A stretch of DNA of 58,641 nucleotides from Klebsormidium nitens (taxonomy: Eukaryota; Plantae; Klebsormidiophyceae). Made by a program: the position numbers and the translations under genes. This document shows positions 1-12,900 of the stretch, one piece after another; position 1 is the first letter of the stretch, and every line of letters starts with the position of its first letter. The DNA is taken from assembly GCA_000708835.1 (NCBI GenBank), contig DF237503.1:1-58641 (forward strand), read 5' to 3'. The notes beneath the pieces are model-generated. The model did no database searches, was not told where the DNA came from, and saw only the letters and a program-made list of their open reading frames with translations.

Positions 1-451
1 CTCGGTGATCCGGTGGCTTTTCTAGTTCACTACACAAGACGGGGGGAAGACGAGATAAAAGAGGAACTAAAGAGTTATAAGAGCTGATATGAGCGCATAT
101 AAGTGACCAGTTGTGGATATTGAGCGGGCCCAGATGACCGTTCGATGCCAATTTCCCATTTCACCTTGGTCGTCGATCTTTGAAAGTAAAAATGTGACGC
201 ATAAATGACGTTGCATCAAAGTTTATTTCGAGCGACTCGGACCCCGGTCTGTGGTCGACACGTGGCTTTTTTGACACGCGGCCTGCAATCAAATTGACGA
301 ATTTTCTGTCACGTCGCATACCGAGTGGGACAGAATTCTGAATAGAACTGACCTCCACACGCAGGAGCTGGCAATTTGTAGAAGGTGGCAGGGAATTGAT
401 TGATCAGGCAGAGGAGAAAGCGCTGGGCACTCCTCCTTTCTTGCAGCAGAG

Positions 452-3400
452 ATGAGCAGCTCGGATGCCCCAAGCAGAAGCAGGAGATCTCAGCAGTTGC
501 CGGTGGAGGTACTGGCGCGGGTGTTGTCGCTCTTACGAGTGAGTTCTTAGCGATGGGGCACGTTTGGAGCCTTTGTTAGCACTTTTCACTGATCTTCTCT
601 GGTAAATTGTTAAAGGAACAAAGGCAGCCACGCGTGTGAATTCAGAAGATTAAGCTTTGCTGCCCCCGATAGCTGTTTCTCCCATTATGATTACTCATAA
701 GTTGGGTATCCATCTTCCCAGGAAACAAGCACATTAGATCCTTTCGGCAGAGCACCACTTTCATGGGCGGTTTTGTGATGATGCATAGCCCATTACAATG
801 CCTGGCCAATGAGAACCGCAACCTTAAGTGCAACCAGATGCTTCCATCGCCTGAACTGCCTGGATCAAAATGGGGGCTTCATGGCACCATACACAGGCGT
901 CTTGGGGGGTTGCGGTTGGCCAGGTGTAATCTGTAAAAAGCTGACCACCCCAATTCTATAGACGCTTTCAATTAAGCTTGCGAGACCAGGCTCAAAGTTT
1001 GTATATTTTACCCTTCACCTATTGAAGTCTTGAATGCAATTGGGAGTGCATTGGGGCTCAGCGATCTGCTTGCAATGCAATCAATCCTTCTTTGACACTC
1101 ATTTTCAAGCGCTATGCCTCCACTATCTCTAATGCCTGAGCATCGTACTTCAGTGTAAGGATGAGATGCGCAAAAGTGCAACTGTTTTTCTGATCCTCCT
1201 CAGGATGCCGAGTCCTTCATCCGGTGTATGGCGGTCAGCCGGGAGTGGCACCAGGCGGCCAAGCATGTGGACTGCCTTTTCTTCGATGGCTACCAGTACA
1301 GGGACAGGCTCTCCGGACAGGTGCGCATTGCTGTTCCCTCAAACTCTGGTCATTTCTGGATGACTTAAGAGCTGAGTGAGGAGCCCGGGGGACGGGTGGG
1401 TTAGCTCGGTGGTGTGGGTGGGTTTGCGGAGCGCATATTGGATCCTACTTCTGTTGAATTAAGCTTAAGTCCCTCAGAAGTTACCAGTGTTTCCCCACTG
1501 CAAACCATTCAGGCCAAGGTGATACTATAAGCGGTATGGCAGCGGCGGTCCAAAGGACAGGGACAGGACAAACGGAGGAAAATTCAGCCTTGAGACTAAG
1601 GATGAGCCCACGGAGTCACTTGAGGTTGCACCAAGAAAAACTTGGGGAGTCGGGCTCCTCAAGTTTGGGGCAACCTGGAGATGGATCAGAGAGCTCTTGT
1701 TTACTTGGGAAGGTTTCACCACTGCATTTTCTGGTCCGCCTGCATTCGGTATCTGCGCCTTCCTTCTCTGACCCCTCAGTATCCCCTCGCTCAGGTCGCC
1801 AGATCTACGGCAAAGTTCACAAGGAAAGGGGTTTGAGTGACCAACTATTGCTCAAAAACGTTTGTGGTGGTCGCGAAAGGACAGTGAAGGCGCACAAGCA
1901 TTGCTAACTTGATGAGTACACATCAACATGCCTTGGACTCACTTGTGAATAGGTCACCTATGACAAGAGATTTTGAACGTGTTCAGACCCCCTCGAGCTT
2001 CTCTTCATACTCTTAGGATGCGGAGGCAATGATCACAAAGACGATAATGTCAACGACGCGACTGCGTTCGCTGTCAGTCATGCACGACGACCCCGACAAG
2101 TGGCTCTCAGACTCGACCGTGATTGCCTGGATCATCCACACACGCGCCACACTGCGCGAGCTGCTGATTTCAAACAGTCGGGAGGGCAACAACAAGATTC
2201 ACCGCCACCATCCAACGCTGTTCCGTGCCCTTTACGAGCAGCTGCGCAACAGCATGGTTGAAAAGCTGGGGGTGAGGGTCTCGAGACTTTGTTGTTTCCA
2301 AGTTCTTTCGAAGTGGGGCTGTTGAGAGATGGGCAGATAAATCTTAAGGTCCAAAGGAAGGTCCAAAAAGGTCAAGTGCTTTAGGCAATTGGAGGATTTC
2401 GGGGCAGCAAAACTGGAATGGATATCCTGCTACCCGGATGCATTCTTCCCCTTGCTATTCCATGTTCGAACCCTAGTCTTTCTGCACATTGCTGTAATCA
2501 TGGGAAAGCCTTGGCGCAATCTCAGAGCCTCATCACCCAGTACCTTTGCCCAATGCCTTTCCCGCCTTCTTCATGCCGAAGAACTCATCAAAAAAGCCAG
2601 CATACCTAATCGGTGCTGATCGGATTGACTCTCCCCACCTCCCCACAGCTCGACTATGTCATCATCCCGCCCAGCATCCCCCCGGCCTTGCTCCCTAACC
2701 TGCACAGCCTCCGCTTGTACGACGTGCGCATCGCATCGGCGACCCTGACGGCGTTCATCGCCGGCTGCTCTGCACTCGAGCTGCTGCGCCTGATCGACCT
2801 GCGCGACTGCGAGTCTGTGGACCTGCATTGCCCCAGCCTCAAGGAGTTTGTGGTGGAAGAGACGGCGGCCGTTGGCAGCATACGGCTCGACTGTCCCCGG
2901 CTCAAAAGGTGCGTTGAGCGCTTGGAGATTTTCATCCGATTCATTTTGTCTTGTAAGGCATCCGCTGCTTTGCATTGCCCCAGCCCAAAGGGACCTGTGG
3001 AGGATGAAATAGTGACCGATGGCAGCACACGGCTCGACTGTCCCCGGCTCAAGAGGTGAGGCGGACGTCTAAAGTGTTGCAGGCGGACATCGGTCTGTTT
3101 TTGAGTTCACGCAACCGCCAACTTGCATGGCTCCAGCATCAAGAAGTTTATGGTGGAACGAACGGTCCCCGCCTTTCTCGGCATATGGCTCGACTGCCCC
3201 TGGCTCGAGGTAGTGCGGACGTCCGTAAGCTGCCCAGGCAGGGACCAAGCTGATTCATCCAATTTGCAGCGGCTGACTTGTATTGCTCCAGCCTCGAGAA
3301 GGTTTTGGTTGGACAACGGGCTGTCGTTGGCAGCACATGGCTTGACTGTCTCTGATTGAATTGGTGAGGGGGGCGCTTGATGGAACTAGTCTCGTGTTCG

Positions 3401-5287
3401 AGAACGGGTTGCCTTGCTCGGTCCCGGTCTCAAGGGAGTTCGTGGCAACGGAATGGGGGCGCCTGCAGCAGACGGCCTGACTATTCCGGCTGAAGAGACG
3501 AGGTGGACTTCTGTAGGCCTGCAAAAGGCGGGCTTAAAGTGCCCAGATCAATCGTTATGGTTTTGTCGAAAGTCCTGTAAGCAAGTTGGGTGCTACATCG
3601 CAGGTTGCTTCTCCGTGACGTGGGCGGCATTGCATCCTTGACTGTGGAGGACGGGAGTAAGCTCAAGAAGGTGGAGATCTTCACGGAGGACTGCAAGCCG
3701 ACGATCGACATCCGGCACGCCGCGAGCATTCAGCACGCCCATCTGCTATACAAGGTCAGTTTCAAGCTCGTGTTTGAGTGGGGTGTCTCCGGTTCGGATC
3801 GAGCGAGGAACCCAAACGTCTGTTATTGCTAAACGGGAAACTTTCTATTCCGCTTGTCTATGACCTCGTTAATACGGATGGGCACCTGTTCATTGACAGC
3901 GCTTAAGTGAGTACCCGCGAGTTTTGAAGAAGGCTGCGATGTCGAGTTTTGAAAGGCTATCTCTTATTCCCGGTTTCTACCTCACCCCAAACCAGTCTCT
4001 CAGCCTTATCTTTCCGATACCTCTCACTATCGTGTTCTTCAAACCCGTTAACCACTCCAAGCTGCCCCAAGCAAAAGTCGTGCGTCCTTTCTGGCAACCA
4101 TATGCAACTTTTCCAACCCCCACCCTTCCCTTTTCTTCCTTTTTATGGCGACACTTGGACCCACACTACCTCAGAGTCACCATTCAAACTTACCCTTCTC
4201 TCCAAGTTAGGGCGACCCAATGGACTTCGCTTTAGAGCGACAGCACGAGAGTACTGATTTCCATTCCCCTCCTGTCCTTAATTCGTCGAAGCAACACACG
4301 TTCGCAGCTCCCCCTTTCTGTATCTCAGGGCCTCACTGATCATCCTAAACTTCCCCCGCCGTTCTCGTTTCAGGGCGACTCATGGACGCACCTGGCGGAG
4401 TTCGTGGGGGGGATGGGGTGCCTGCGCGAGCTGGGGGTGTGCATCCAGGACGACGACAACCCCCCCCCGGTAGACTTAGAAGACTTTGCGTTACTGTGCC
4501 CCGGGCTGCGAACCCTGGGCATTGGGCCCGAATTGTGGGAGCGCCTCGCGCAGGGGGACTTCCGGCGGGGGCGCTCGCGCTGGCACGACCTGTCCCAGGC
4601 AAGTCATTTTCGTGCTGTTTGTGTAATAGTGATCAGTGGTCCTTATTGTATGCTTGGGGAGCAAGTACGACGGGCTGGGGTTGGAAGAGGTGTGGTGACT
4701 GTAGCCGCTGCTGAACTGCAGAGCCTCGTCCCATGAGGAAGTGGGATCGCTTTGGAGGTCGTAGTAGAAAGTGTCCTTTCTTCTTGACTCTGCGAACGAC
4801 CGTGGGGTGATTGTCGATGCCCTAAAGCCGTGCAGTCCGAAGCAAAGAAGGAAGAATGTTTTGGCTTCGCCTACAGATCGCCTTTTGGCTGCGGGGTCCT
4901 CGCAACCGCGAACTGTTTCTGAGTGATTCGCAAATTGTGCGATGCTTTCTTCTTGCAAAGGGGCTTTTGTTTCGGCTTACGTTAGCATCTTCCGACCGCA
5001 ACCTCCCTGAGAAGCCTTGTTTGGCTCTCGCTTACAGCAGATTGGTTATCTGTTTGCAGCTGAGTATCGACACCTTGCGCGTGGATTGCGTGGTGTCACT
5101 GCTCAGCGCCGTTTTGGAGCGGTGCCCTTCGCTCGAGACACTCAATCTGGGGCCGCGAGCTCCAGAAGACTCGTGGGAAGATGCGGTGTCAAGTTTCACG
5201 ACGTCGCTCATAACCATCGCGCAAAAGTACCCAGCGGTCAAAGTTGAAGTCGATTTTGACCACTCCTACACGATCGTCCCGTTCTGA
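452..5287 (+). CDS. F-box/LRR (FBD-like) protein, 7 exons, ~440 aa
   Basis: Exons 452-538, 1204-1320, 2017-2271, 2649-2908, 3604-3754, 4374-4598, 5060-5287 join in frame (1323 nt). F-box motif LPVEVLARVLSLLR|DAESFIRCMAVSREW, then LRR-like units (LPNLHSLRLYDV, CSALELLRL, CPSLKEF, CPSLETLNL). The intron after exon 6 is modelled with a GC donor. Confidence 0.85.
2821..3490 (+). repeat. Degenerate tandem array (5 units, 135-156 bp) of the 3' end of F-box exon 4 plus its donor
   Basis: Anchor ggc(t/c)(c/t)gac at 2884, 3031, 3187, 3339, 3474, each preceded by a tgcattgccccagcctcaagg-like block. Confidence 0.85.
4140..4392 (+). repeat. Degenerate copies of the acceptor and start of F-box exon 6 in the upstream intron
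   Basis: True junction aaacttccccc...tttcag|ggcgactcatggac (4374). Copies aaacttaccc...gttagggcgacccaatggac (~4186-4225) and ttttatggcgacacttggac (~4141-4160). Confidence 0.55.
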
Positions 5288-5990
5288 AAGCTGCCTTAAG
5301 CGCGAAAGGTATGGTGTTAGGGTTTCAGGCCTGCGGTCTTGTGTCTGCGCCTTGTCTAAGCGGTCGATTAGTAGAAGGTGAAGAAGGATCCCCTCCAGAA
5401 GCAGCTCTGCTTTTAGCGCAGTCACCATACAGTTGTCGCTAGAGTAGTAGAATGCAAAATGCAAAGACGAATGAAAAGACGCGCCCAAGTTACGGTGTTC
5501 GTTCTTGGCTCCCAATAGCAGCTAATAAGACAGCTGGCAAGCTTTGCGACGAAGGCTGCTCGCTAGTTGATTTCATAAGCAGTTTTGATGTGGCCGGTTG
5601 TCGGCATCTAAACTCATTATTAGAAATAAGCTGCCAGGTAAAGCTGAATGCCGAAATACGCCTATGAGCCTAGAGCCAATTGCTCAGTGACGCAAATTTG
5701 CGGCATCTAGATTCATAGCAGCCGAGAAGGTGGCCTTGGGGCGGCCTTGTATTCGCCGGCAACGGTATGCCAGATGCTGCGACGGTCGACGCCGCCTAGC
5801 TTTGCTCGAGCATTGTGGCAAGCTAGACCGTCGGGTCCTTCTCAAGGGGACCTTATCGCGGATCTCATCATGATGATCCCTTCCTACTGCTTTTCGGATT
5901 ATTCGGGGCTTAAGCGTATTAGATGTGCTAGCTAGACGGCTTGTATCACGTACGTACATCCGATTTTGCATGCCCCTCTGAATTGAACTC

Positions 5991-6020
5991 TGCACCCATT
6001 GCATGCATGCAATGGGTGCA
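5991..6020. repeat. Perfect 30-bp palindrome
   Basis: tgcacccattgcatg|catgcaatgggtgca is its own reverse complement. Confidence 0.95.
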
Positions 6021-6503
6021 CCGTCCCCGTTCACGGACACAGGCTTGCCGTCGGAACTCCGACGCGCACCAACACACAGTGCGAGCTTGCGCTGGCATGT
6101 GCACGCAGCACAAAGTCTATGTAACATTCCTTAATTGATCAAAGTTGTAGCTTGTCAAGACTCGGCCTTGAGGGCGCGGCCGCCATGTGCATTCTAAGAG
6201 CCCCCTTTTAAAATCGTGGGCCGGGTTGCATGTAAAATTAATAGCAAATTCTAATGGTCCTAGCAATGATACAAATGAGGTCTTCATTGTCATGCATTGT
6301 TGTTCTTGAAAAGACTAGCTGATGCAGATGCGTTCACACTTTTTGTCTGGCCAGGTTGCACCACTGCTTTGTTCCACGGCTCCGATCATGCAAATTGTCC
6401 CTTTGCACGCGAAGTGAGACTCTCCTCGCGCAAGCCACCGCCACTCATTCCATTGTGCTCGGGCGTTTGCCTAACTCCCTCGCCCTGCACGTGACCGTCG
6501 ACT

Positions 6504-9009
6504 TCAAACCTTTTTCACTCTCATCCTTTCGGCAGACTTCTCCGCGAAGCTGAAGAAGACCGTCTTCAGAGCCTCGGCTCCAACGTCGAGCCCGGCGTCC
6601 GAAAAACCCGGGCCGGCGCGCCCTGCGGCATCCGGTCCCCCAGCCGTCCGGATGGACTGCCGTGTGCGGCTGCTATCCGATGCCCCCGTTGCAGCGTCCG
6701 GGGACGGTGCCGCACGGCCAAACGCCGCGTCCGCTTCGGCCCGCCTTTTCGGGCGCTTTTGGCGCTTCGGGTCAGCAGGCGCCAGCTCGCTTTCCGCGCG
6801 GTTCCCTCCCTTGCTTGCACGCTCGCGCGCGTCGTTTGCGGATGCGTGCTCCGAGGAGTGCTCTCTGGTCTGCCCGGTGGAGTTCGTCTTCGGTTCATTC
6901 TCAATCTGCAAGAGCGCCGATAGAGCAGGAAGTTGAGCTCTAGATTCCAGGGAGTTGTTAGCTGGCTGTTGAGCGTCCCTGTGCGTCAATGTCCATTTCC
7001 GCTTGCATACGAGGGGTTTGTAGCGTGAAACAGACTCGGGCGCTTTGTGTGGGCTATAACGCTCCGCGATTGCGGGCTTTCCCGTCAAGCTTGACAGCTA
7101 AGAAAACCCGGTAACATACTGCCATTCGGAGATGATAACTGATTTTTGCACTATGAAGAATCAGGACAACCTAGGGATCAGCGGATGCGAGCGGGAACGT
7201 AACCCTATGCCTTCAACAAGCGCGCGGGACTCTACTTTCAAAGCTTACCCTCTTCCTCGACGCGATCCGCTTGTTCGCCGTCGCTTGCGCTCGGAGGATC
7301 GCCTGCCAGCCGTCTGGCGGTCCGTACCCGCCGGTGTCCACCAGATCCTGAAGGGCCTGCAGCCCTCTGCCGGGACAACGTCAGCCAGCGAGTGCTGCTT
7401 ACGTCAGCATGTCGAAGGAGAGGTAATTGGACCGCCCAAATGAACCACAAGAAGGAGCATCCAACGGCTGATGTCCACATCACGAGCGAAAGGCCTTTTT
7501 GGTGTAGGTCTCCAGTTTCGTTTTGCACCCGGACGTCTTTTTTCTACCTGGAGGTTTCCATGCCTCACTTACAAGAGAATTTTCTGCTCTGCTCACTTTG
7601 CGATCCGCCAGGCCGCGTGCGTCACCGCCCGCCCCCGCTTCGCGGCTACTCGCGGACCGCGCGCGCGCCAGGTCGGACTGGAGCTTCACCTCCATGAGCG
7701 TGAGCAGCTTTGCGAGGTCGGTACACGACCTCATACCCTTGGACCTGGAATGATTGGGATCAGATTCTCTCAAAGATCCCAGACGACAACTTGTATCGAA
7801 ATGTTAAGCTCAGGGGCTCCTAAGTTACGAGATTTTCAAAACCTGACAATTTAATAAATCCATCACCGGATGGTTGAAAGCTGCTCTCAAGAAGAACGGA
7901 CGGTCTGACAGCCCAGAGGATGAAGTGCAGCTCGGGGCCGTCAAGGTTCGAATCAACGCAATGGGCAGTACATGAAGGGGACCGTCAGTTCATTACCGGA
8001 GAGGGTCCTTGGGTTCTATTCTTGCACTCGTAATGGTGGAAAGAGTGGTGAAGGTCTGATGGTAAATGATGGAAGTGCTTTGACCCGTAGAGTTTGGTGG
8101 GTTTCAGCCACTTTCCCGTCAACACCTCTTTCTGATCTGCTCCAAGCCAGATAAATGACGAACTCGCAGAGCACACACCGGCCTCGACTCTTGTTTGATC
8201 AAGCGGCGAAGGACTCTTTTTTGACTAAGCGAGCAAGATTGTTTTTGGCTCGCTGCGCTCAGGAAAGGCTTGCGAAACCCTTGATGCTATCTGCTTCAAA
8301 GGAGTCTCTCTTCGAGAAAGCTGAGAAGGCAAGCGACGGACAATGACAAGGAACTGGAATGCTTTCGAGATCCAGTTGTCAATGGTGCAGTCTCAAAAAA
8401 GTAGCCTGATTGTTAGCTAGCTGTTTCAATCTGGCACCCAAAGGTCTATGAATATTCACTTGCTTTGTCGGATAACCGAGCGGTTGTAGAGTCTTCAATT
8501 GAGCCCTATGTCCAATGAAAAGAGAGACATTCACTAACCCTGTTCTGAACGACCTTGTACAGCAGCCATCGCAAGTCCAGTCATTCCCTGCTCTCGCGGC
8601 CTCTTTTCCTCAATAAATTCAGATCAACTCACCCGAGAGTTTTCCTGGCCCAACCAAACGTCACGCAGAAGTGGCTGTCGCCCTCGCTGACGTCATACTC
8701 AAAGTCCTCGCAGATGCCCAAATGCTTCTTTTGCGGCACGTACGCGAAGATCCCCTCCTTGCGCGGAGTCACGCTCCAATGGAGCTCCCACTGCCTGTCA
8801 GCGACCGCCAGGAACGCCTTCCCCCGGCTGCGCTGCTCCCGCGCGCGCGCGTACACGTGGTGCCACGCGGAGAAGTCCACCCCAGCCATGGTCAGCGCGC
8901 GCGTCTCTGGAAGGCTTTGGTGGAAGTCTACGGCGCACACACGCTCCACTGCGCGCGCGAAAGGGGCCTCACGCGCCAAGTCCGTTTCCGCGGGCTGGTT
9001 GGCGGCCAT
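6504..9009 (-). CDS. Hypothetical protein, 4 exons, ~344 aa, no family recognised
   Basis: Exons 9009-8633, 7744-7597, 7356-7249, 6905-6504 have GTGAGT/GTGAGC/GTAAGC donors, CAG acceptors and matching phases (1035 nt). Globular-looking N-terminal half; low-complexity C-terminus with a basic KRQKRPKRR stretch. Start codon and 3' end less certain. Confidence 0.65.
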
Positions 9010-9958
9010 GCTGACGTGAGCCAAGCCTGACAGGAGCGTAGGACGTCGGCTGCGAGGCTGTATTTTGCGAACGAGGCGCCCTACGTCACTCGTAAAAGGC
9101 TGCTACGTCTATGCAGTTTGGAATACATTTCCAGTAACCAGCGCGGGCGCATGAGAGTCTGGCAGAAGGTGCACGCACTGGATTGAACTGAGCTCAATTG
9201 TTGATCAGGTCTTTGATGTGCTCTGCAATCCTTTGGTGCAAGACAGCGATCAAGGAGACTCAGTCTTGTCAGCGAGGGACGGGGCACTGGTGATGATGTG
9301 GCGAGGCTTGATTAACCGATGGTCTTGGGGTCGACCCGCAGCTAAACCCCTATTAAACTTCGCCACGTCACCAGTTCCAACAGAGGTTCCCAAAATCCTT
9401 GACTTCCCGCTCTCTCTGTCGAAGTGTTGCAGCTAGGGTAAGACTTGACGAAAGTGTGCTCCATTGTCAACAGATTTAGAGCGCGATTGAACAAGATTGC
9501 CTTTCGATGCGTACCAGGTTCGCCACTCGAAGCGCGCTGTCGCCGATCGCTCGCCGTCGAACGCGACTGCTTAAACGAGCCAGCGAAGCTTCACCTGAAG
9601 AAGAGTGATATCGATAAGGAAGATACAAAGGCGCTTCGCTTTGCAGGAGACCTGGAAGGCAGCAGAGGCAATCGGAAGCAATAGGGTTGGAAAGACAGAT
9701 TCTCATGCTCGCGTGCTTTTGCGGTACTATGTATTGTGAATTACAGCAAGCTGACTGCTATGTGTTGACAGGTTGAATGTAACTTTCTTGGTGGCAAGCT
9801 TCGCGTTGAAATCAGGTGAAAGAAGTGAAGAACTGCGTGGGAAGGGCAGGGGTTGCCAGGAGTCGGGGCATGCAGCAAAAGTAGGCTTCGTCTATCAAGG
9901 CTGGATCTATTTGCTATGCTGACAAGTTTCCATCCTTGGAAAAAAGAGGGTACTCACC

Positions 9959-12900
9959 ATGTCTGACTCTGCGAGAGGGGCATGCCAGTTTCAAGCAGGA
10001 GAGGTCGTTGAATACAGGAGTTTCAGGAAAGGACTGCGAGGATCTTGGTTCAGATCGAAGGTAAGGTCAAAGAAGTTGCAGCGCACCTATTGTCTGCCTT
10101 CATGAGAATAAGTGCTGAATTCAGGGAGCGATAAAGTCAGCTGATCAATCTTGGACCTTTGAGCACAATTGCTGTGTGGCGAAAGTGCAGGGTGATCACA
10201 TCTACTCATTGATAGAGGGTGACTAAGTACCTTTCCCGGCTCTGACTACCATGTTGACCTTTAGCTTGAAAGGCTTTCAAGCCATTATTGACATTTTTCA
10301 AACCCCATCTGCATCACCAGGCCCCATATGTATCTTAGAGACTGTAATCTGGGATCATGTCCTAAGTTTTGCCTGAATAAACTTCTGAACCTGTCTGACC
10401 CAGAGATGAAACGCATGGGAGACTTGAAGCAGGAGTCCTCACAGATACTGACCATTTTCGCACAGATTATAGAATTTTCCCATGGGCAGGCCCAGGATAC
10501 CAAGTACCTGCACCTGAGATGCCTTGACTTCCATGATGGTGAGGCTTCAATCTCTCCCTCTGTCCAGAAGCTTTTGAATACATATTTAGAGAAGATCCAC
10601 AAAAACGCTCAAAGCAGATTCTTCTATCTATTCGTGCCGATGCACGATGAAAGATCAGCATCAACTCGCAAACAAGTTGGATCATGACGAGCTCCAACAT
10701 CAGAATCAATAAATACAAGCGCTTGGGGCTTTTGGATGAAACGAAAAGGCGGTACATGATGAAGTTGGATTGCTCCTGATATTTTCGTCTGTCAGAATCT
10801 ATTTGCATTCCTGGAGCAGATTCGTAAGGTGGGTTATCAGGATCATTTCTTTGCTAGTACAGTCAGAGTCAGCCTCATTATAGGAATGGGGCAAAATGCT
10901 CTGCACTTCTGCCCATCGAGGGCCTCACTAAACGAATGAGACACAGATTCCCATCAAAAAGTGTCTAGATGAAAGCAGATGAAAGACCTCATCCTAAAGC
11001 ACTGATATTGAGCCCTCCTTCATATTTAGAGTCGTTGCCGGGGCACTTAGATATTTGCAGCAAGTTTCGAGCCCTTTGTAGGAGTTCGGCATTGAACTTC
11101 TTTGCGTGGCCCTTCTCCAGTTGAATGCGAAGAGCAGCCGCACGTTGTTCCTCTGTACGAGGCTCGCCCGACGTCACCCTCGAGCAATACGGTCCGGGTG
11201 CTGACTTCACGGCCGGAGCCGCCACCCGTCTACTGGTCGACCAATCCGCTGGCAGGGCCCGAGCATGATGGGGACAAGCTGTTCTTCCGTCGGACGAGAA
11301 AGTGAGAAAGCTGAACGCCCTGCAAACAGCCAATTGGCATCATCAATCTGAGCGTTCCGTTCAGATGTGAAAGGGCAGTGTCGAGGTGAAGCTGACAGAA
11401 ATCTGCATGAACAAAGCAAGCACAAGCTCACACTTCGTCAGTTTGTAGCCTTCGCTTTTAAGGGTCGTTGAGCCGCAAAATCAGAAACGTCAAGGGTTTG
11501 CTTTTCAACTCATTCTGCAGTGTTAGACGAACCACTAGCACGGCAGGTCCTAACCCGAACAGCCGTGTCTGCGAAAACGATCTGAACGAATGTTCTCAAG
11601 CAGAAACACGAGCTAAGCTTCAGAAGGGACTGAATGTTTCATACCTGTGAACAATCAGCATTACGCAGCATGGAGAGTCTTCTCAGTTTCTGAGATTCGA
11701 CATTCGCGTTACCGTGGTAGGCTGACAGGCAGAGGTCAATACAAGTTTCTTCCGGCATTGAGCCGTTCCGTTCCGCTTCCGCTCAGGTACGCTGTCGGCG
11801 ACGCCGTGGACGCATTCGTTAATATTTGCTGGTGGGAGGTGCACATCACCGCCTTGAACGGTCAGGAAGCGCAGGTTAGCAAAAGAGAAGCGGTTGTGTA
11901 CTTGTCCGTGAAAAGCCAGGGCATTCACAGCACGTTTTCGGCATGCTACAATCTGAAAGAGCGGAATGCTGATTTCTTACTCAGACGTTTCACATTAATA
12001 TGGCTGACTTCCCAGGCAGAACCAGGTTGTTTACTTAAGCTGGCACAGCGTAAGGTCGAAGCAGATCCCAGAACTTGCAATGGTTGCCCCTCACAGATTT
12101 TGCGTGCCAACTTCGTACATTCTCCTCTCAAGGAGGCAGTACTCCCCGCATTCTGAGAGGATGAAATGCATTGGGACTCTAAAATTCCTCCCGCTTAAAA
12201 TTGTTGGATCGCCAGAAAAACTCCGATTTAAGCGACATTCAAAGATTTGAATGCCTCGATTCAGGACGTACATAGTGTCAGAGTTCAAAGGAGGCTGAAA
12301 GTGAATCTATTCAGGCTCAAAAGAAGTTTGAGGCGGAGCTGGGGACAAATTGATCTATCATGCCAACGTTTCTGAGCAGGTGGAAGCGAAGCAGCCTCCT
12401 GAGGGTGAAGGCGTAGCTACCTCCGTGAGCTTCGAGGATCTGCGGCCGACGCTCGTCTGGGAGAATGACACGTGGACGCTTCCCACAAACACGAATGGTC
12501 TACCCCCGCTCGGAGTTTTTGAAGGTGAGCTAGATGTTAAAATTGAGATTAGGATCAAGCTTCAGCAGGGTTTCACGGCCCTCAGCTGATTCACACATCA
12601 AATTATTTGAGTTTCTTGCTCCAATCATGTTCGAACTCCTGCTACAGTCGAGGTAGTTCTTCTAGGTGTCAACCTTGCCATCACATGCTTTGTGACGACG
12701 GGAAACAGTACTTGAGCCTTACTGCAAGCAAGATCTGGGTTCGATATATTCCTAATAAGACCTGAATGCATTTGTATGCCGTGAAAGGAAGAAGACTGTA
12801 GCGAAAAGGGACCCCTCAGTCCTTCAAAATTGCTTACACAAGGTCCTTTTCTCCTCCCAGTTGTGCCCGGTAGGTCCCCGCTGCCGCCCGGTTCCCGGCC

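Noticed and set aside
7861-7975. Coding-like stretch inside intron 1 of the orphan gene
   Set aside because: No convincing splice-site pair on either strand; flanking exons already join in phase without it.
10690-10823. Possible alternative or micro-exons in Agenet-gene intron 2
   Set aside because: Phases do not fit the neighbouring exons cleanly and similarity to exon 2 is too weak.
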